Source: Thermodesulfobacteriota bacterium
GTDB taxonomy: Bacteria > Desulfobacterota > Binatia > Bin18
DNA length: 64,000 nt
Assembly: GCA_964291405.2 (NCBI GenBank)
Contig: OZ219926.1
Span: forward strand, 4,160,001-4,224,000
Direction of reading: 5' to 3'
Each line of letters starts with the position of its first letter. Position 1 is the stretch's first letter. The notes under the pieces were generated by a model, which saw only the letters and a list, made by a program, of their open reading frames with translations, searched no databases and was not told the DNA's origin. Shown one piece after another: positions 1 through 9,499 of this stretch. Position numbers and translations under genes: made by a program.

Positions 1-436
1 CCAGATTTTTCAGAAAATGCGCTCCTACTATAAGCACCACCAGGAGGCGGCCGAGCTGTCCAACGTCTTCCTGGAAAAAGAAGAGAGCCAGAACATTCGT
101 CTGCACGGCACGCTGTGTCTGCGCTGTGGAACGCGCCAATACCCCATCACCCCAGTCTGCGGCGGATGCCAGAACCGCGACTCCCTCCACGAAGTCCCGC
201 TCGAACACACGGGTCAGATCTTTACCTTTACCCGCGACCATCTGTATGTGGCTCCCGACTCTCCGACCATTATGAGTGTGGTCGATGTCGACCAGGGCGG
301 TCGTCTCTACCTCCAGATGACCGATGTCGACCCGGAAGATGTCCGGGTGGAGGACCCGGTTGTCCTGACCCTCAGACGCAGGAAAGAAGGACCCACGATG
401 CACAACTACTACTGGAAATGCCGGCCGGTGCGCTAA
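1..436 (+). CDS. 3' end of a Zn-ribbon/OB-fold (DUF35) domain protein, possibly an HMG-CoA-synthase-like + DUF35 fusion; truncated by the window edge
   Basis: The frame is open from position 2. It has CLRC...CGGC Zn ribbon, IFTFTRDH, and a C-terminal YYWKCRP typical of DUF35 OB folds, and lies directly upstream of a thiolase. Confidence 0.75.
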   Translation, partial: QIFQKMRSYYKHHQEAAELSNVFLEKEESQNIRLHGTLCLRCGTRQYPITPVCGGCQNRDSLHEVPLEHTGQIFTFTRDHLYVAPDSPTIMSVVDVDQGGRLYLQMTDVDPEDVRVEDPVVLTLRRRKEGPTMHNYYWKCRPVR

Positions 437-556
437 TCCCGGCCTGGCGAAAGGCGACGCGCTCGGCTAGCATGGGGCGACAAAGAGTAAAGGTGTCCTC
501 CAAACAAGTAGACAAAGCCGGATACGTTTACTCTTTCCGGAAGGAAGGAAACGCAG

Positions 557-1723
557 ATGGGGACATCACTGAAAGATCAAGTCGCGGTTATTGGTGTGGG
601 CTGTATCAAGTTTGGCGATAATTTTGATCAGGGCTATGAAGATATGGCGGCCGAGGCGGCGTACGCGGCCTTTCATGACGCCCGCATTGCCCCGGAAGAG
701 ATCGATGCCGCCTGGCTTGGCACCTACTCACCGGCCCAGGGACACGGCAAGGCCGCAGTTTCCCTGGGTGACGCGTTGCGTTTATACAACAAGCCGATTT
801 CGCGGGTAGAAAATTTTTGCGCGACCGGGACCGACGCGTTTCGGCACGCCGTCCTCGCGGTCGCCTCCGGCATGTATGATACGGCCCTGGTCTTGGGGGT
901 TGAAAAATATAAGGATCGCCCTGGGCGCGGCCTGGCCCGGGAGGGGGTGCATCCGTATTATCACGACGGCTCAACCGCTCCGGGCCTGTTTGCCCTGGCC
1001 GCCACCCGCTATATGCACGAGTTTGGCCTGACCCGTGAAACCCTGGCCAAAGTGGCCGTCAAGAACCACCGCAACGGCGCGCTCAACGCCAAGGCCCACC
1101 TGCAAAAGGAAGTCACCCCGGAAGCCGTCCTGACAGCACCGATTGTGGCCTATCCGTTTGGGCTGTACGACTGCTGTCCGACGACTGATGGCGCGGCTGC
1201 GGCCGTGGTGTGTCGAGCCGATCTGGCAAAGAAATATCGCGCCGATCATATCCTGGTCAAAGGGGTGGGTCTGTCCGTGACGAGCGGGCGACCGTTCATG
1301 GACCCCAATTTTGACTATCTCGGTTTTCGGGCCACCCAGAACGCCTCGGCGCAGGCCTATGCCATGGCCGGCATCACCGACCCGCTGAAGGAGATCGATG
1401 TCGCCGAGGTGCACGACTGCTTTACCTGGACGGAAATTTCCAACTATGAAGACCTGGGTTTTGTTCAAAAAGGCCAAGGGGCGAAGCTGATTGAAGAAGG
1501 CCGCACCGCCCTGGACGGCGATATCCCGGTCAACCCCAGCGGCGGACTCAAGTCGTTTGGCCATCCCATCGGCGCGAGTGGGGTGCGCATGGTGTATGAG
1601 ATTGTGACCCAACTCAGAGGGGAAGCCGGACCGCGTCAGGTCACAGACCCAAAGCTGGGTCTTGTGCATAATGTGGGTGGTCCCGGAGCCGTGTCGTGCG
1701 TGGCCGTGCTTGGCCAGCCCTGA
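557..1723 (+). CDS. SCP2/SCP-x-type thiolase (acetyl-CoA acetyltransferase family)
   Basis: Motifs ENFCATG, VAVKNH, DCCPTTDGAAA, EVHDCF, GHPIGASG and HNVGG; AAGGAAGG RBS. Confidence 0.9.
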   Translation: MGTSLKDQVAVIGVGCIKFGDNFDQGYEDMAAEAAYAAFHDARIAPEEIDAAWLGTYSPAQGHGKAAVSLGDALRLYNKPISRVENFCATGTDAFRHAVLAVASGMYDTALVLGVEKYKDRPGRGLAREGVHPYYHDGSTAPGLFALAATRYMHEFGLTRETLAKVAVKNHRNGALNAKAHLQKEVTPEAVLTAPIVAYPFGLYDCCPTTDGAAAAVVCRADLAKKYRADHILVKGVGLSVTSGRPFMDPNFDYLGFRATQNASAQAYAMAGITDPLKEIDVAEVHDCFTWTEISNYEDLGFVQKGQGAKLIEEGRTALDGDIPVNPSGGLKSFGHPIGASGVRMVYEIVTQLRGEAGPRQVTDPKLGLVHNVGGPGAVSCVAVLGQP

Positions 1724-1755
1724 GGCCGCGACGAGAAACCAAGTGAGGAGAAAAC

Positions 1756-2463
1756 ATGTCACAGTCTTCCATTGTTGATGTCATTTGCGAGCGTGCCCTT
1801 GAGATTGCCCCCGAGGTGCCCTGGCTGGTTGAGCCGCTGACTCCGGGGCGGGGCCAGGCCTTTATCCTGCAACACATTCTGCGCAACCGGCTGTTCAGCG
1901 CGGTCATCCGGCCGGCCTGGATAAGCCGCTGTCCCGACCTGGCCATCGTCCGCAAGACCATCGGGCAGATGCGGGAGGAGTTGGTGTTTGATGACGAGAT
2001 CGCCCAGCCCCATACCACTCTGTTGTGGGAGATGGGTCGCAACGTCGGCCTGACCAACGAAGAAATGGACAATACCCGGGCCGTGCCGCTGGTCGATATT
2101 GCGCTGAACGTGTGGGAGCATATTGCCCGCTCAAAACACTGGGTTGCGGGCTGGCTGGCGACTTCGGTGGATGAGTTCATGCTGACGGCCATGTCGGGCG
2201 AGCATAATTATCGGCCCGAAGCCTGGCAGGCCACCTTTCAGCTCAACGACGAGCAGGTCTTCTTTTTCTCCTACCATACCAAGGCCGACGACGATCATGC
2301 CGGTCGCAAGGTCTGGGAGCCCATCGCCCGACATGTGACGACCGAGGCCGAGCGTCGGGAAGTCCTGGATGGCATGGAACTGGCGCTGACGGCCGATAAG
2401 CTGTTCTACCAGGGGATTTGCGAGCTGGGCGATCATATTGACGCCAGTAAAAACGCCGCTTAG
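1756..2463 (+). CDS. Heme-oxygenase-like diiron enzyme (PqqC/CADD/TenA superfamily)
   Basis: Ligand pattern EE...H (MREEL...QPH), E (SVDE) and HxxxDxxH (YHTKADDDH); GAGGAG RBS. Confidence 0.75.
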   Translation: MSQSSIVDVICERALEIAPEVPWLVEPLTPGRGQAFILQHILRNRLFSAVIRPAWISRCPDLAIVRKTIGQMREELVFDDEIAQPHTTLLWEMGRNVGLTNEEMDNTRAVPLVDIALNVWEHIARSKHWVAGWLATSVDEFMLTAMSGEHNYRPEAWQATFQLNDEQVFFFSYHTKADDDHAGRKVWEPIARHVTTEAERREVLDGMELALTADKLFYQGICELGDHIDASKNAA

Positions 2464-2489
2464 CTGGGCAGGATGCGTGCGCTGAGACT

Positions 2490-3266
2490 ATGCCGATACA
2501 CGACAATCTCAGACGGCTGGTTGAGCTTGCCGCCCCCTTGTGGGCCGGCGAAAAAGAAATCGTCTGGACCTATTTTCAGAGTCCACGGCGCACGAACGAG
2601 ACTGATCTGCTGTGGCTCAAACGGCAATGTTTCAAAGAGATCTGGGGCTCAGGTATCGGCGATAAGAAGAAGGGCCTCTTTCAGGGACCGGTTGCCTACC
2701 TGGACGACGTCTTTCCCAAGATCGACCGCGGGGTTGACCGTCATACGGTCCTGGACGTTATTGACGACCTGCGCTCCGAATTCTATCACTACTGCCTGTT
2801 TGCCGACATCTACGACTCTATCAGCGGCACCAGGCTGGACCCGCAGCAACTCACCGGCTGGGAGGCGGACGACACGCTCGCCCGGTTGCGCTACGAGTGC
2901 AAGGAGCAGCGGGGACAGCTGGGTCACTTTGCCTCGCGCTTTACCGAGGGCGGATATTGCAGCATGTTTGTGGCGGGTATGCGGCTGGCGGGTACGGGCG
3001 AGCTCAACGACCGCATCGCCAAAGCGTGTGAGCAGGTCTATAACGACGAGATCGGACATATGCATTTGGGCTTTGTCGGGCTGGCGCAACAGACCCTGTC
3101 TGCCGAGGAGTGGGACGAGGTCGCCGACATGGTCCGCACGATTCTGATCCAGCGGCTCCACATGCGTAACGAACAATTCGGCTATCCGCTCCCAGATACT
3201 CGCCTGAAGGCCATTCAGGCCGGCGATATCGAGCCTATGCCGTTCGACTACGCCGGTCTTGAGTAG
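2490..3266 (+). CDS. Ferritin-like diiron-carboxylate protein of unknown function
   Basis: Four-helix-bundle ligand pattern E (FKE)...ExxH (EFYH)...E (TEGG)...DExxH (DEIGH). Confidence 0.7.
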   Translation: MPIHDNLRRLVELAAPLWAGEKEIVWTYFQSPRRTNETDLLWLKRQCFKEIWGSGIGDKKKGLFQGPVAYLDDVFPKIDRGVDRHTVLDVIDDLRSEFYHYCLFADIYDSISGTRLDPQQLTGWEADDTLARLRYECKEQRGQLGHFASRFTEGGYCSMFVAGMRLAGTGELNDRIAKACEQVYNDEIGHMHLGFVGLAQQTLSAEEWDEVADMVRTILIQRLHMRNEQFGYPLPDTRLKAIQAGDIEPMPFDYAGLE

Positions 3267-3307
3267 GGGACCGGCCCGCACCGGCTTGTACTGCGTATCC
3301 AAGAGCC

Positions 3308-3556
3308 ATGCAGAAACCCTCACACGCGTCCCTCAGAGAACCGGCCCGCGCCTGGATATGGGCCACCTTTGTTGTGCTGCTGTTTATCTGTGTGCCGTAT
3401 GGGTTTGTCGGCACCTATCAGCCGCTCGTCTTTGGCCTGCCGCTGTGGTTCCTGCTGACGCTGTTGGGCTCCTTCCTCCTGGGCGGATTCACCATGTATG
3501 TGGCGGTCCGGCACTGGCGCTTGGCGGCTTTCATCCTTGACGAGGAAACGGACTAA
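3308..3556 (+). CDS. Small two-TM partner protein of a sodium:solute symporter (DUF3311/DUF997-like)
   Basis: Two hydrophobic helices with a PLVFGLPLWF motif, immediately upstream of an SSS gene. Confidence 0.7.
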   Translation: MQKPSHASLREPARAWIWATFVVLLFICVPYGFVGTYQPLVFGLPLWFLLTLLGSFLLGGFTMYVAVRHWRLAAFILDEETD

Positions 3557-3615
3557 AGAGTAAACGTGTCCAGCATCTCATATATTGGAGGGCTTGTTTC
3601 CTCTTTTGAGTCAGC

Positions 3616-5193
3616 ATGAGCGGTCCAGCTGAGACGGTCGGCCTGGGCTTTGGCGCCCTGGTTCTCCTGTCCGTATATCTGCTGAGTAATCTGTTGATCG
3701 GGTTTTTTGCCTACCGGTCGGGCGAGACCTGGGCGGCCCGCGACTATTTTCTGGGTGGAAAAACAACCGGCGCGCTGGTGCTGTTCTTCGCCATGCTGGC
3801 GACCAAATTCAGCGGCAACACCTTTTTCGGTCTGCCCGGGCAAGCCTACCGGATCGGCTTGATGTCGGTCCTGCTGGTGCCGTTTATGGTTGTGATTGCG
3901 GTAGGCTTTCTCTCCTACGCGCCACGTCTCTACGTCTTATCAAAGAAATATGACTACCTGACACCGGCCGATTTCTACGCCGACCGCTTTCAGAGCCGAC
4001 CTTTGCGACTCATCGTCGCCTGTTTCCTGATCCTGTCGGTGATTCCCTACCTGATGATCCAGGCCACGGGCATGGGTCATGCTTTCGTCGGATTCACTGG
4101 CGGCCAGTATTCGTTCACCAGCGGGGTCGTGTATATCTCCGCCGTCATGCTGGCCTATGTGCTGCTGAGTGGCTGGCGTGGCGTTGTCTGGGCCGAGGTG
4201 TTGCAGGGCAGTCTGCTCTTGGGCTCAATTGTGATTGCCGCGGTGGTGCTGGTCGCGTCCGAAGGCGGGCTGGCCAACGTCATTCAGCAGGCGGTTCGGG
4301 TTGCGCCTGAAAAAGTGGAGGTCGCGGGCTCGTATAGCACCCTGACACGTTCGTATTTGTTGTACGCGGTGGTTTTTGCACTGGGGGGCTGCATGTATCC
4401 CCAGATCATCCAGAGCGTGTATGCCGCCAAGACCGAGGCTGATTTACGGCGCAGCGTCGTCATGATGATCCCCAACTACATCCTCATCATGCTCTGCGTT
4501 GTGTTGATCGGGCTGGTCGGGGTGGTGCGATTCCACGAGCTGGGAACCATACAGGCCGACCAGATTCTGGGTCTGTTGCTCGGCCAGCAGGCCCAGAATC
4601 TGTACTGGGTCGTCGTTCTGGTCTTTATCGGCGCGGCGGCGGCTATCATGTCTACCGCGGCGGGTGTCTTGCTCACCCTCTCGTCTATCGTGACCCACGA
4701 TCTCTACCGGCATTGCTTTCGTCTCAACGCGAGTGAGGATGAAATTGCCCGAGCAGGACGGATTTTCACCGTGCTGCTCCTCTTGCTTGTCATGGGGCTC
4801 TCGCTCCAGCCCATGACCACCTTGTGGCAGCTCACGATTATCAAGTTTGAATTTCTGATGCAGCTCTATCTGCCCCTGATCTTGGGCTTGTACTGGCCGC
4901 GGTTTACGCGCCGGGCGGCCTTTGCCGGGATTGGTGTTGGGACCCTGAGCGTGACCGCTATGCTGCTGGCTGGCTGGAAGCAGGTCTTGATCTTTGACGC
5001 CGGTCTGGTCGGCTTTCTGCTCAATGCGGCGGCGTGCGTCGGTGTTACCCTGCTGGCGCCGCCCGATGCGGACGAACAGGGTCGGGTACGGGAACGGTTC
5101 TTTTCCCTTTTTGACAGGCCGCGCGCGATCCAAGAAAATCAACAAAGCGGCCATGTCTCTCCATCACCTGAGTCAATGACACTGGACGCATAA
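3616..5193 (+). CDS. Sodium:solute symporter (SSS) family transporter
   Basis: DYFLGG, FSGNTFFGLPG, DFYADRF, GWRGVVW and AAAIMSTA motifs; many TM helices. Confidence 0.9.
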   Translation: MSGPAETVGLGFGALVLLSVYLLSNLLIGFFAYRSGETWAARDYFLGGKTTGALVLFFAMLATKFSGNTFFGLPGQAYRIGLMSVLLVPFMVVIAVGFLSYAPRLYVLSKKYDYLTPADFYADRFQSRPLRLIVACFLILSVIPYLMIQATGMGHAFVGFTGGQYSFTSGVVYISAVMLAYVLLSGWRGVVWAEVLQGSLLLGSIVIAAVVLVASEGGLANVIQQAVRVAPEKVEVAGSYSTLTRSYLLYAVVFALGGCMYPQIIQSVYAAKTEADLRRSVVMMIPNYILIMLCVVLIGLVGVVRFHELGTIQADQILGLLLGQQAQNLYWVVVLVFIGAAAAIMSTAAGVLLTLSSIVTHDLYRHCFRLNASEDEIARAGRIFTVLLLLLVMGLSLQPMTTLWQLTIIKFEFLMQLYLPLILGLYWPRFTRRAAFAGIGVGTLSVTAMLLAGWKQVLIFDAGLVGFLLNAAACVGVTLLAPPDADEQGRVRERFFSLFDRPRAIQENQQSGHVSPSPESMTLDA

Positions 5194-5212
5194 AGCGAAC
5201 ACACTGCGAACC

Positions 5213-6271
5213 ATGGAATTCGGCCTGCAATTTTTTCCTGACGTCAGTCCGGCGCAGCGCTCTGGAGAAGAGTATTGGGCCGATGCGCTCTACCTCAGCC
5301 AATTAGGTGAAGAGCTGGGTTTCACATCTATTCGGACAGTCGAACATTATTTCCACCCGTACGGAGGGTACAGTCCCAACCCCCTGTTGTTCCTGGCCGC
5401 GGTGGCTATGAGGACGGCGAAAGCCCGGCTGATTACTGGCGCGGTCTTACCGGCGTTTAATCATCCGCTCAAACTGGCAGGTGAAATCGGAATGCTGGAT
5501 GCGATCTCACATGGCCGCTTAGAAGTCGGATTTGCCCGGGCGTTTCTCCCACATGAATTTGAGCGTTTTGGGGTCACGCCAGACGAAAGCAATGCGCGGT
5601 TTGAAGAAGGGCTTGAACTTGTTCGGCGTCTGCTTGAGGAAGAACATGTGTCTGCTGAGGGACGATTTCACCAATTCAGAGATGTGACCTCTTTACCCCG
5701 TCCGACCCAAACTCCACGGCCTCCGTTTTGGCTTGCTGCATTGGCGACACCCTCGAGCTTTGAGCGTGCCGGACGGCTGGGCTACGATGTGATGGCTATT
5801 CCCCTGGCCGGTGGCCAAATGGCCGACCTGATCGGCCGTTATCGTGAAGCACGCCGACAGGCCGGCCATACCGGGCCAGGCCGTGTTATGCTCGCTTTTC
5901 ATATGTTGTGTACCGCCAGTGAGGAGCAAGCGATCAACATAGCTCGCGGCCCTTTGAATGCGTATCTCAAATCTCTGGTGGACGGCGCGTCGGGCTGGTT
6001 GGCAGGTCAATCATCTGCGGACTATCCCAACTATGACAAGATTATTGCCGTGCTGTCCAAGGAAACCTTTGAAACGCAACGTGAGAAGGGCGCAGCCTGG
6101 ATAGGCACGCCTGACGCTATCAGCCGGCAGATCAAAGACTATTATTCCAGTGTGGGTGGTTTTGATATTGCTTCAATGCAGGTGAATTTCAATGTATTGG
6201 AGCGGGCAAAGGCCGAAGCGTCCATGCGTTTATTTGCCGCCCAGGTCTTGCCGCAATTCACGCACCGGTAA
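5213..6271 (+). CDS. LLM-class (luciferase-like) flavin-dependent monooxygenase
   Basis: MEFGLQFF, VEHYF, HPLKLAGEIGMLDAISHGRLEVGFAR, PRPTQTPRPP. Confidence 0.9.
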   Translation: MEFGLQFFPDVSPAQRSGEEYWADALYLSQLGEELGFTSIRTVEHYFHPYGGYSPNPLLFLAAVAMRTAKARLITGAVLPAFNHPLKLAGEIGMLDAISHGRLEVGFARAFLPHEFERFGVTPDESNARFEEGLELVRRLLEEEHVSAEGRFHQFRDVTSLPRPTQTPRPPFWLAALATPSSFERAGRLGYDVMAIPLAGGQMADLIGRYREARRQAGHTGPGRVMLAFHMLCTASEEQAINIARGPLNAYLKSLVDGASGWLAGQSSADYPNYDKIIAVLSKETFETQREKGAAWIGTPDAISRQIKDYYSSVGGFDIASMQVNFNVLERAKAEASMRLFAAQVLPQFTHR

Positions 6272-6385
6272 CGTACCGAAAGCAAAGCAGGAGAACCCCG
6301 GCTTGCGCTCATGCTGCAAATCCCACATGGTGGCGACAAAATAATCTAGCTCAATTGCTATGATACACAGGAGAAAAAAGAGTCC

Positions 6386-7522
6386 ATGTCAGCCCAAGAA
6401 CATCGCTTTGCCATTATCACCGATGAAGCCCTGGATTCCCTGCGCAAGCTTATTCGTGTCCCTATCGAAGACACCTTGGAGCCGTGGTGCTATGAGGCCA
6501 CGCGCGACAACATCCGCCACTATGCACATGGTATAGGGGACGATAACCCCCTGTGGTGCGACCCGGAATATGCCGCCATAACCCACTACGGCACAATTAC
6601 CGCCCCGCCGTCGTTTGTCTTTCCGCTCAATCGGGTTCTGAGCGGCTATGTGGGCGGACTGCCGGGAATTCACGCTATGTGGGCCGGTGCGGATCTGACT
6701 TGGCATAAGCCCATATTCCGCAACGACGCTTTTACGACCAGAGCCTACTTAAAAGACCTGGTCGAGCATGAGACGCGCTTTGCCGGGCGGGCGATCCAAC
6801 AGATCTACCACGTTGATTATTACAACCAGGACAATGAGCTGGTGATCGAGGGCGATAGTTGGTGTTTTCGCACTGAGCGCGATACCGCCCGGGAGCGTGG
6901 CACAAAATACACCGAGGTCAAACAGCAGGCGCCGGTCAGTTATAGCCGCGAGCAAATCGCCGAGATCTTCGCCCAGTACGCGCAGGAAGAAGTGCGTGGG
7001 GCAACACCGCGCTACATCGAAGATGTCAGTGTTGGTGACAGCCTGCCGACCATGGTCAAAGGACCGATGACGGTTACCGGCTTTATCGCCTATGCCCAAG
7101 GCTGGGGCGGGTTATATATTCGAGCCAACCGCCTGGCCTGGAAGCAGCTCCAAAAGCATCCTGGGCTGGGCATTCCTGACCGTTTTGGCATTCCTGACGT
7201 ACCCGAGCGCGTTCACTGGGATACCGACCTCGCCCAGCGGGTCGGCACGCCCGAAGCCTATGACTATGGTCCGGAGCGCACCTCATGGATGACTCACCAT
7301 CTGACCGACTGGATAGGCGACCGGGGCTTTCTGCGACAGATTTCCGTGAAGATACGGCGTCACAATCCGGTCGGCGATACGCTCTTCATCAACGGCGAGG
7401 TGACTCGAATTTTCGAGGAAGATGGCCATCACTGTGTCGAGGTGCAGCAAAACGCCAAAAACCAGGACGGCGAACTGTCCGTGCTCAGCACCGGTGTAGT
7501 GCGGCTGCCCTCCCGAGCCTGA
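6386..7522 (+). CDS. Double hot-dog (MaoC/FAS1-like) acyl dehydratase
   Basis: DNIRHYAHGIGDDNPLW, APPSF, EDVSVGDSLP and YDYGPER motifs. Confidence 0.85.
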   Translation: MSAQEHRFAIITDEALDSLRKLIRVPIEDTLEPWCYEATRDNIRHYAHGIGDDNPLWCDPEYAAITHYGTITAPPSFVFPLNRVLSGYVGGLPGIHAMWAGADLTWHKPIFRNDAFTTRAYLKDLVEHETRFAGRAIQQIYHVDYYNQDNELVIEGDSWCFRTERDTARERGTKYTEVKQQAPVSYSREQIAEIFAQYAQEEVRGATPRYIEDVSVGDSLPTMVKGPMTVTGFIAYAQGWGGLYIRANRLAWKQLQKHPGLGIPDRFGIPDVPERVHWDTDLAQRVGTPEAYDYGPERTSWMTHHLTDWIGDRGFLRQISVKIRRHNPVGDTLFINGEVTRIFEEDGHHCVEVQQNAKNQDGELSVLSTGVVRLPSRA

Positions 7523-7545
7523 GTCCCGTGGACGTGGAAGCTCCT

Positions 7546-7572
7546 CCTGGGAGTGCGGGCATCCTGCCCGCA
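7546..7572. repeat. REP-like palindrome CCTGGGAG-TGCGGGCA-TCC-TGCCCGCA between convergent genes
   Basis: Perfect 8-bp stem (7554-7561 with 7565-7572) and a 3-nt loop, preceded by a CCTGGGAG tag. Confidence 0.6.
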
Positions 7573-7625
7573 AGATTTTGCCCGAAGATCCTGTGACAAG
7601 AGAGCGCCAACCGGTGATGTGGACG

Positions 7626-8300
7626 CTACACAATCCGGTGCTCTTCGGTAATCAGAGTGAATGCTGATGCCGGGTCAACGAACTTTGCACCATCCGGCTG
7701 AGCGTGATCTTTGTACTCCGCCGACGCCAGGGCAAAATTCAGGTCGCCCAGGGTCTCAAACCACAGCTCGGCCACCCCATCGTACTGCGGCTCACCCCGC
7801 TCATACGCCGAAGGCAGAGCGTGGCACTGAACGTAGCGCTGCACACCAGGCATGGCGAGCGCCAGTGGGCCGTGCACGTCCTTCCAGTAGCGGAAGAACT
7901 CCTCCCGGTCCCAGTCAGGCTTGCGTTTGATAAAGGACAGCCGTTTGACCCGCGGCTCGGGACTGTTGGATTGCTCGCCTCTGCGCAGCACATGGTCTGC
8001 GGTGACGAGCCGCGCTACGTTTTGGACATCTGCAAAATTCGGTTCATCCGCGTACGCGCCTTCGCGATATTCCTTGCTCAGAAAGGCGGCGGTGATGGCG
8101 GCTTCGCTATCCATCCAGATTTCCACCACACCGTCATAGGCTTGGCTCCGGCTCACCACGGTCGAGCTGTGGTTTTGCACATAGCCGCGCAGACCGGGCA
8201 TACGCTTGGCGAGTGGGGCGTGCACTTCGCGCCAGTGGCGTGAGAAGTCCGCCAAGCTGAGACCATCTTTCCGCTTAAAGGCAATGAGTAAGTGGGCCAT
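7626..8300 (-). CDS. Tandem EthD-domain protein
   Basis: Two repeats of KRK...F..(H/Y)W..VH.PLA..MPG...YVQ.H...YDGV.E.W. Start placed at MAHLL from GAGGAGG spacing. Confidence 0.85.
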   Translation of the reverse strand: MAHLLIAFKRKDGLSLADFSRHWREVHAPLAKRMPGLRGYVQNHSSTVVSRSQAYDGVVEIWMDSEAAITAAFLSKEYREGAYADEPNFADVQNVARLVTADHVLRRGEQSNSPEPRVKRLSFIKRKPDWDREEFFRYWKDVHGPLALAMPGVQRYVQCHALPSAYERGEPQYDGVAELWFETLGDLNFALASAEYKDHAQPDGAKFVDPASAFTLITEEHRIV

Positions 8301-8410
8301 TCTATCCATCCTCCTCGCGATAGGGAGGGTATGATTTTTTCACAGCCTGGGCAAGCGCGAATCGGTTGTGTCGATGTACCCACGGGCGAACGGTGAGGTA
8401 TGGAAGAGCG

Positions 8411-9310
8411 TCAGAACGACCCGGCCTCGATGTCCTGAATAAATTGCACCACGTCCCGAAAATACGCCTCCTGATCGTCATACATGGCGCAATGGCTGCC
8501 ATTTTCACACACGGCGACGCGCGAGTTGGGGATCAACTCACCCATGCGTTCAATCTCGGACACACGCATGGTGTCGAAGTGCGCGCCGGAGACCAGGGTC
8601 GGACACTGAATCCGGTGCAGGTCCGCCCAGCGGTCCCAGTCCTTGAACGTGCCGGTCACCACAAACTCGTTCGGGCCCTGCATGGTGTTATAGACCGGCT
8701 TGGCCAGGTTGCGGAACATGCGTACCAGCGGTTCCGGCCAGGGGTCGAGCCGGCATAGATGCTGACGGTACACATGGGTGAACAGGGTCTCCTCGTATTC
8801 CGGCGCTGCATAGTCCTCGGTCGCCTCATATTTTTCAAGAACACGCAGGACCTCGGGCGACTGCTGGGCGCGCAACTCGTTGATATACGCGACATAGGCC
8901 GGAATGCTGGCGGTCATATTGGAGAGAATGAGTCCCTTGAGGTGCTGCTGATAGGCCAGGGCATACTCCATGCCGAGCAGCCCACCCCAGGAATGGCCGA
9001 GCAGATAGAAGTGCTCCAGCCCAAGCGCGCGCCGGACCTGTTCGACTTCTTCCCGAAAACGCTCCACCGTCCACAGGCTGGTATCGTCCGGCTGGTCGGA
9101 ATAGGCCGAGCCGAGCTGGTCGTAGTAAATAATCTGAATATCATGCTGCGGCAGGAAGTCTTCAAAGCACTCAAAATACTCATGCGTGCAGCCAGGCCCG
9201 CCGTGCAGGGTGAGGAGGGGAATCGACCCGGAGCCAAAGCGCTTGGTCCAGACGGTGTACTTGCCATCAATCGGGATCATCTCAACCCCACCGGTTTTGA
9301 TATTTTGCAT
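8411..9310 (-). CDS. pip: Proline iminopeptidase-family alpha/beta hydrolase
   Basis: LHGGPG, YDQLGS, GHSWGG nucleophile elbow, MQGPNEF, GSH. Confidence 0.88.
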   Translation of the reverse strand: MQNIKTGGVEMIPIDGKYTVWTKRFGSGSIPLLTLHGGPGCTHEYFECFEDFLPQHDIQIIYYDQLGSAYSDQPDDTSLWTVERFREEVEQVRRALGLEHFYLLGHSWGGLLGMEYALAYQQHLKGLILSNMTASIPAYVAYINELRAQQSPEVLRVLEKYEATEDYAAPEYEETLFTHVYRQHLCRLDPWPEPLVRMFRNLAKPVYNTMQGPNEFVVTGTFKDWDRWADLHRIQCPTLVSGAHFDTMRVSEIERMGELIPNSRVAVCENGSHCAMYDDQEAYFRDVVQFIQDIEAGSF

Positions 9311-9413
9311 AATCTTATTCCCCTTGATTGCGTGGTGTGCCTGCCCGGTTTCCGGTATAACACTGCTCGGCCTGACCTGACCAGAGCGGCTTTTCCCCGA
9401 AAATGAGAAACTT

Positions 9414-9456
9414 TTAATCTTGATCTCATCTTTCTCTCATATGCAGTTGCCATACT
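9414..9456 (+). promoter_or_regulatory. Putative OmpR-family response-regulator boxes plus extended -10 upstream of the HtrA protease
   Basis: TCTCAT-N5-TCTCAT at 9424-9440, a third 11-bp-phased TTAAT at 9414, and TGnCATACT at 9448-9456. Confidence 0.5.
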
Positions 9457-9499
9457 GAACGTCAAAGAACACAGCAATGCTCATGAGAGGAGGAGTACG

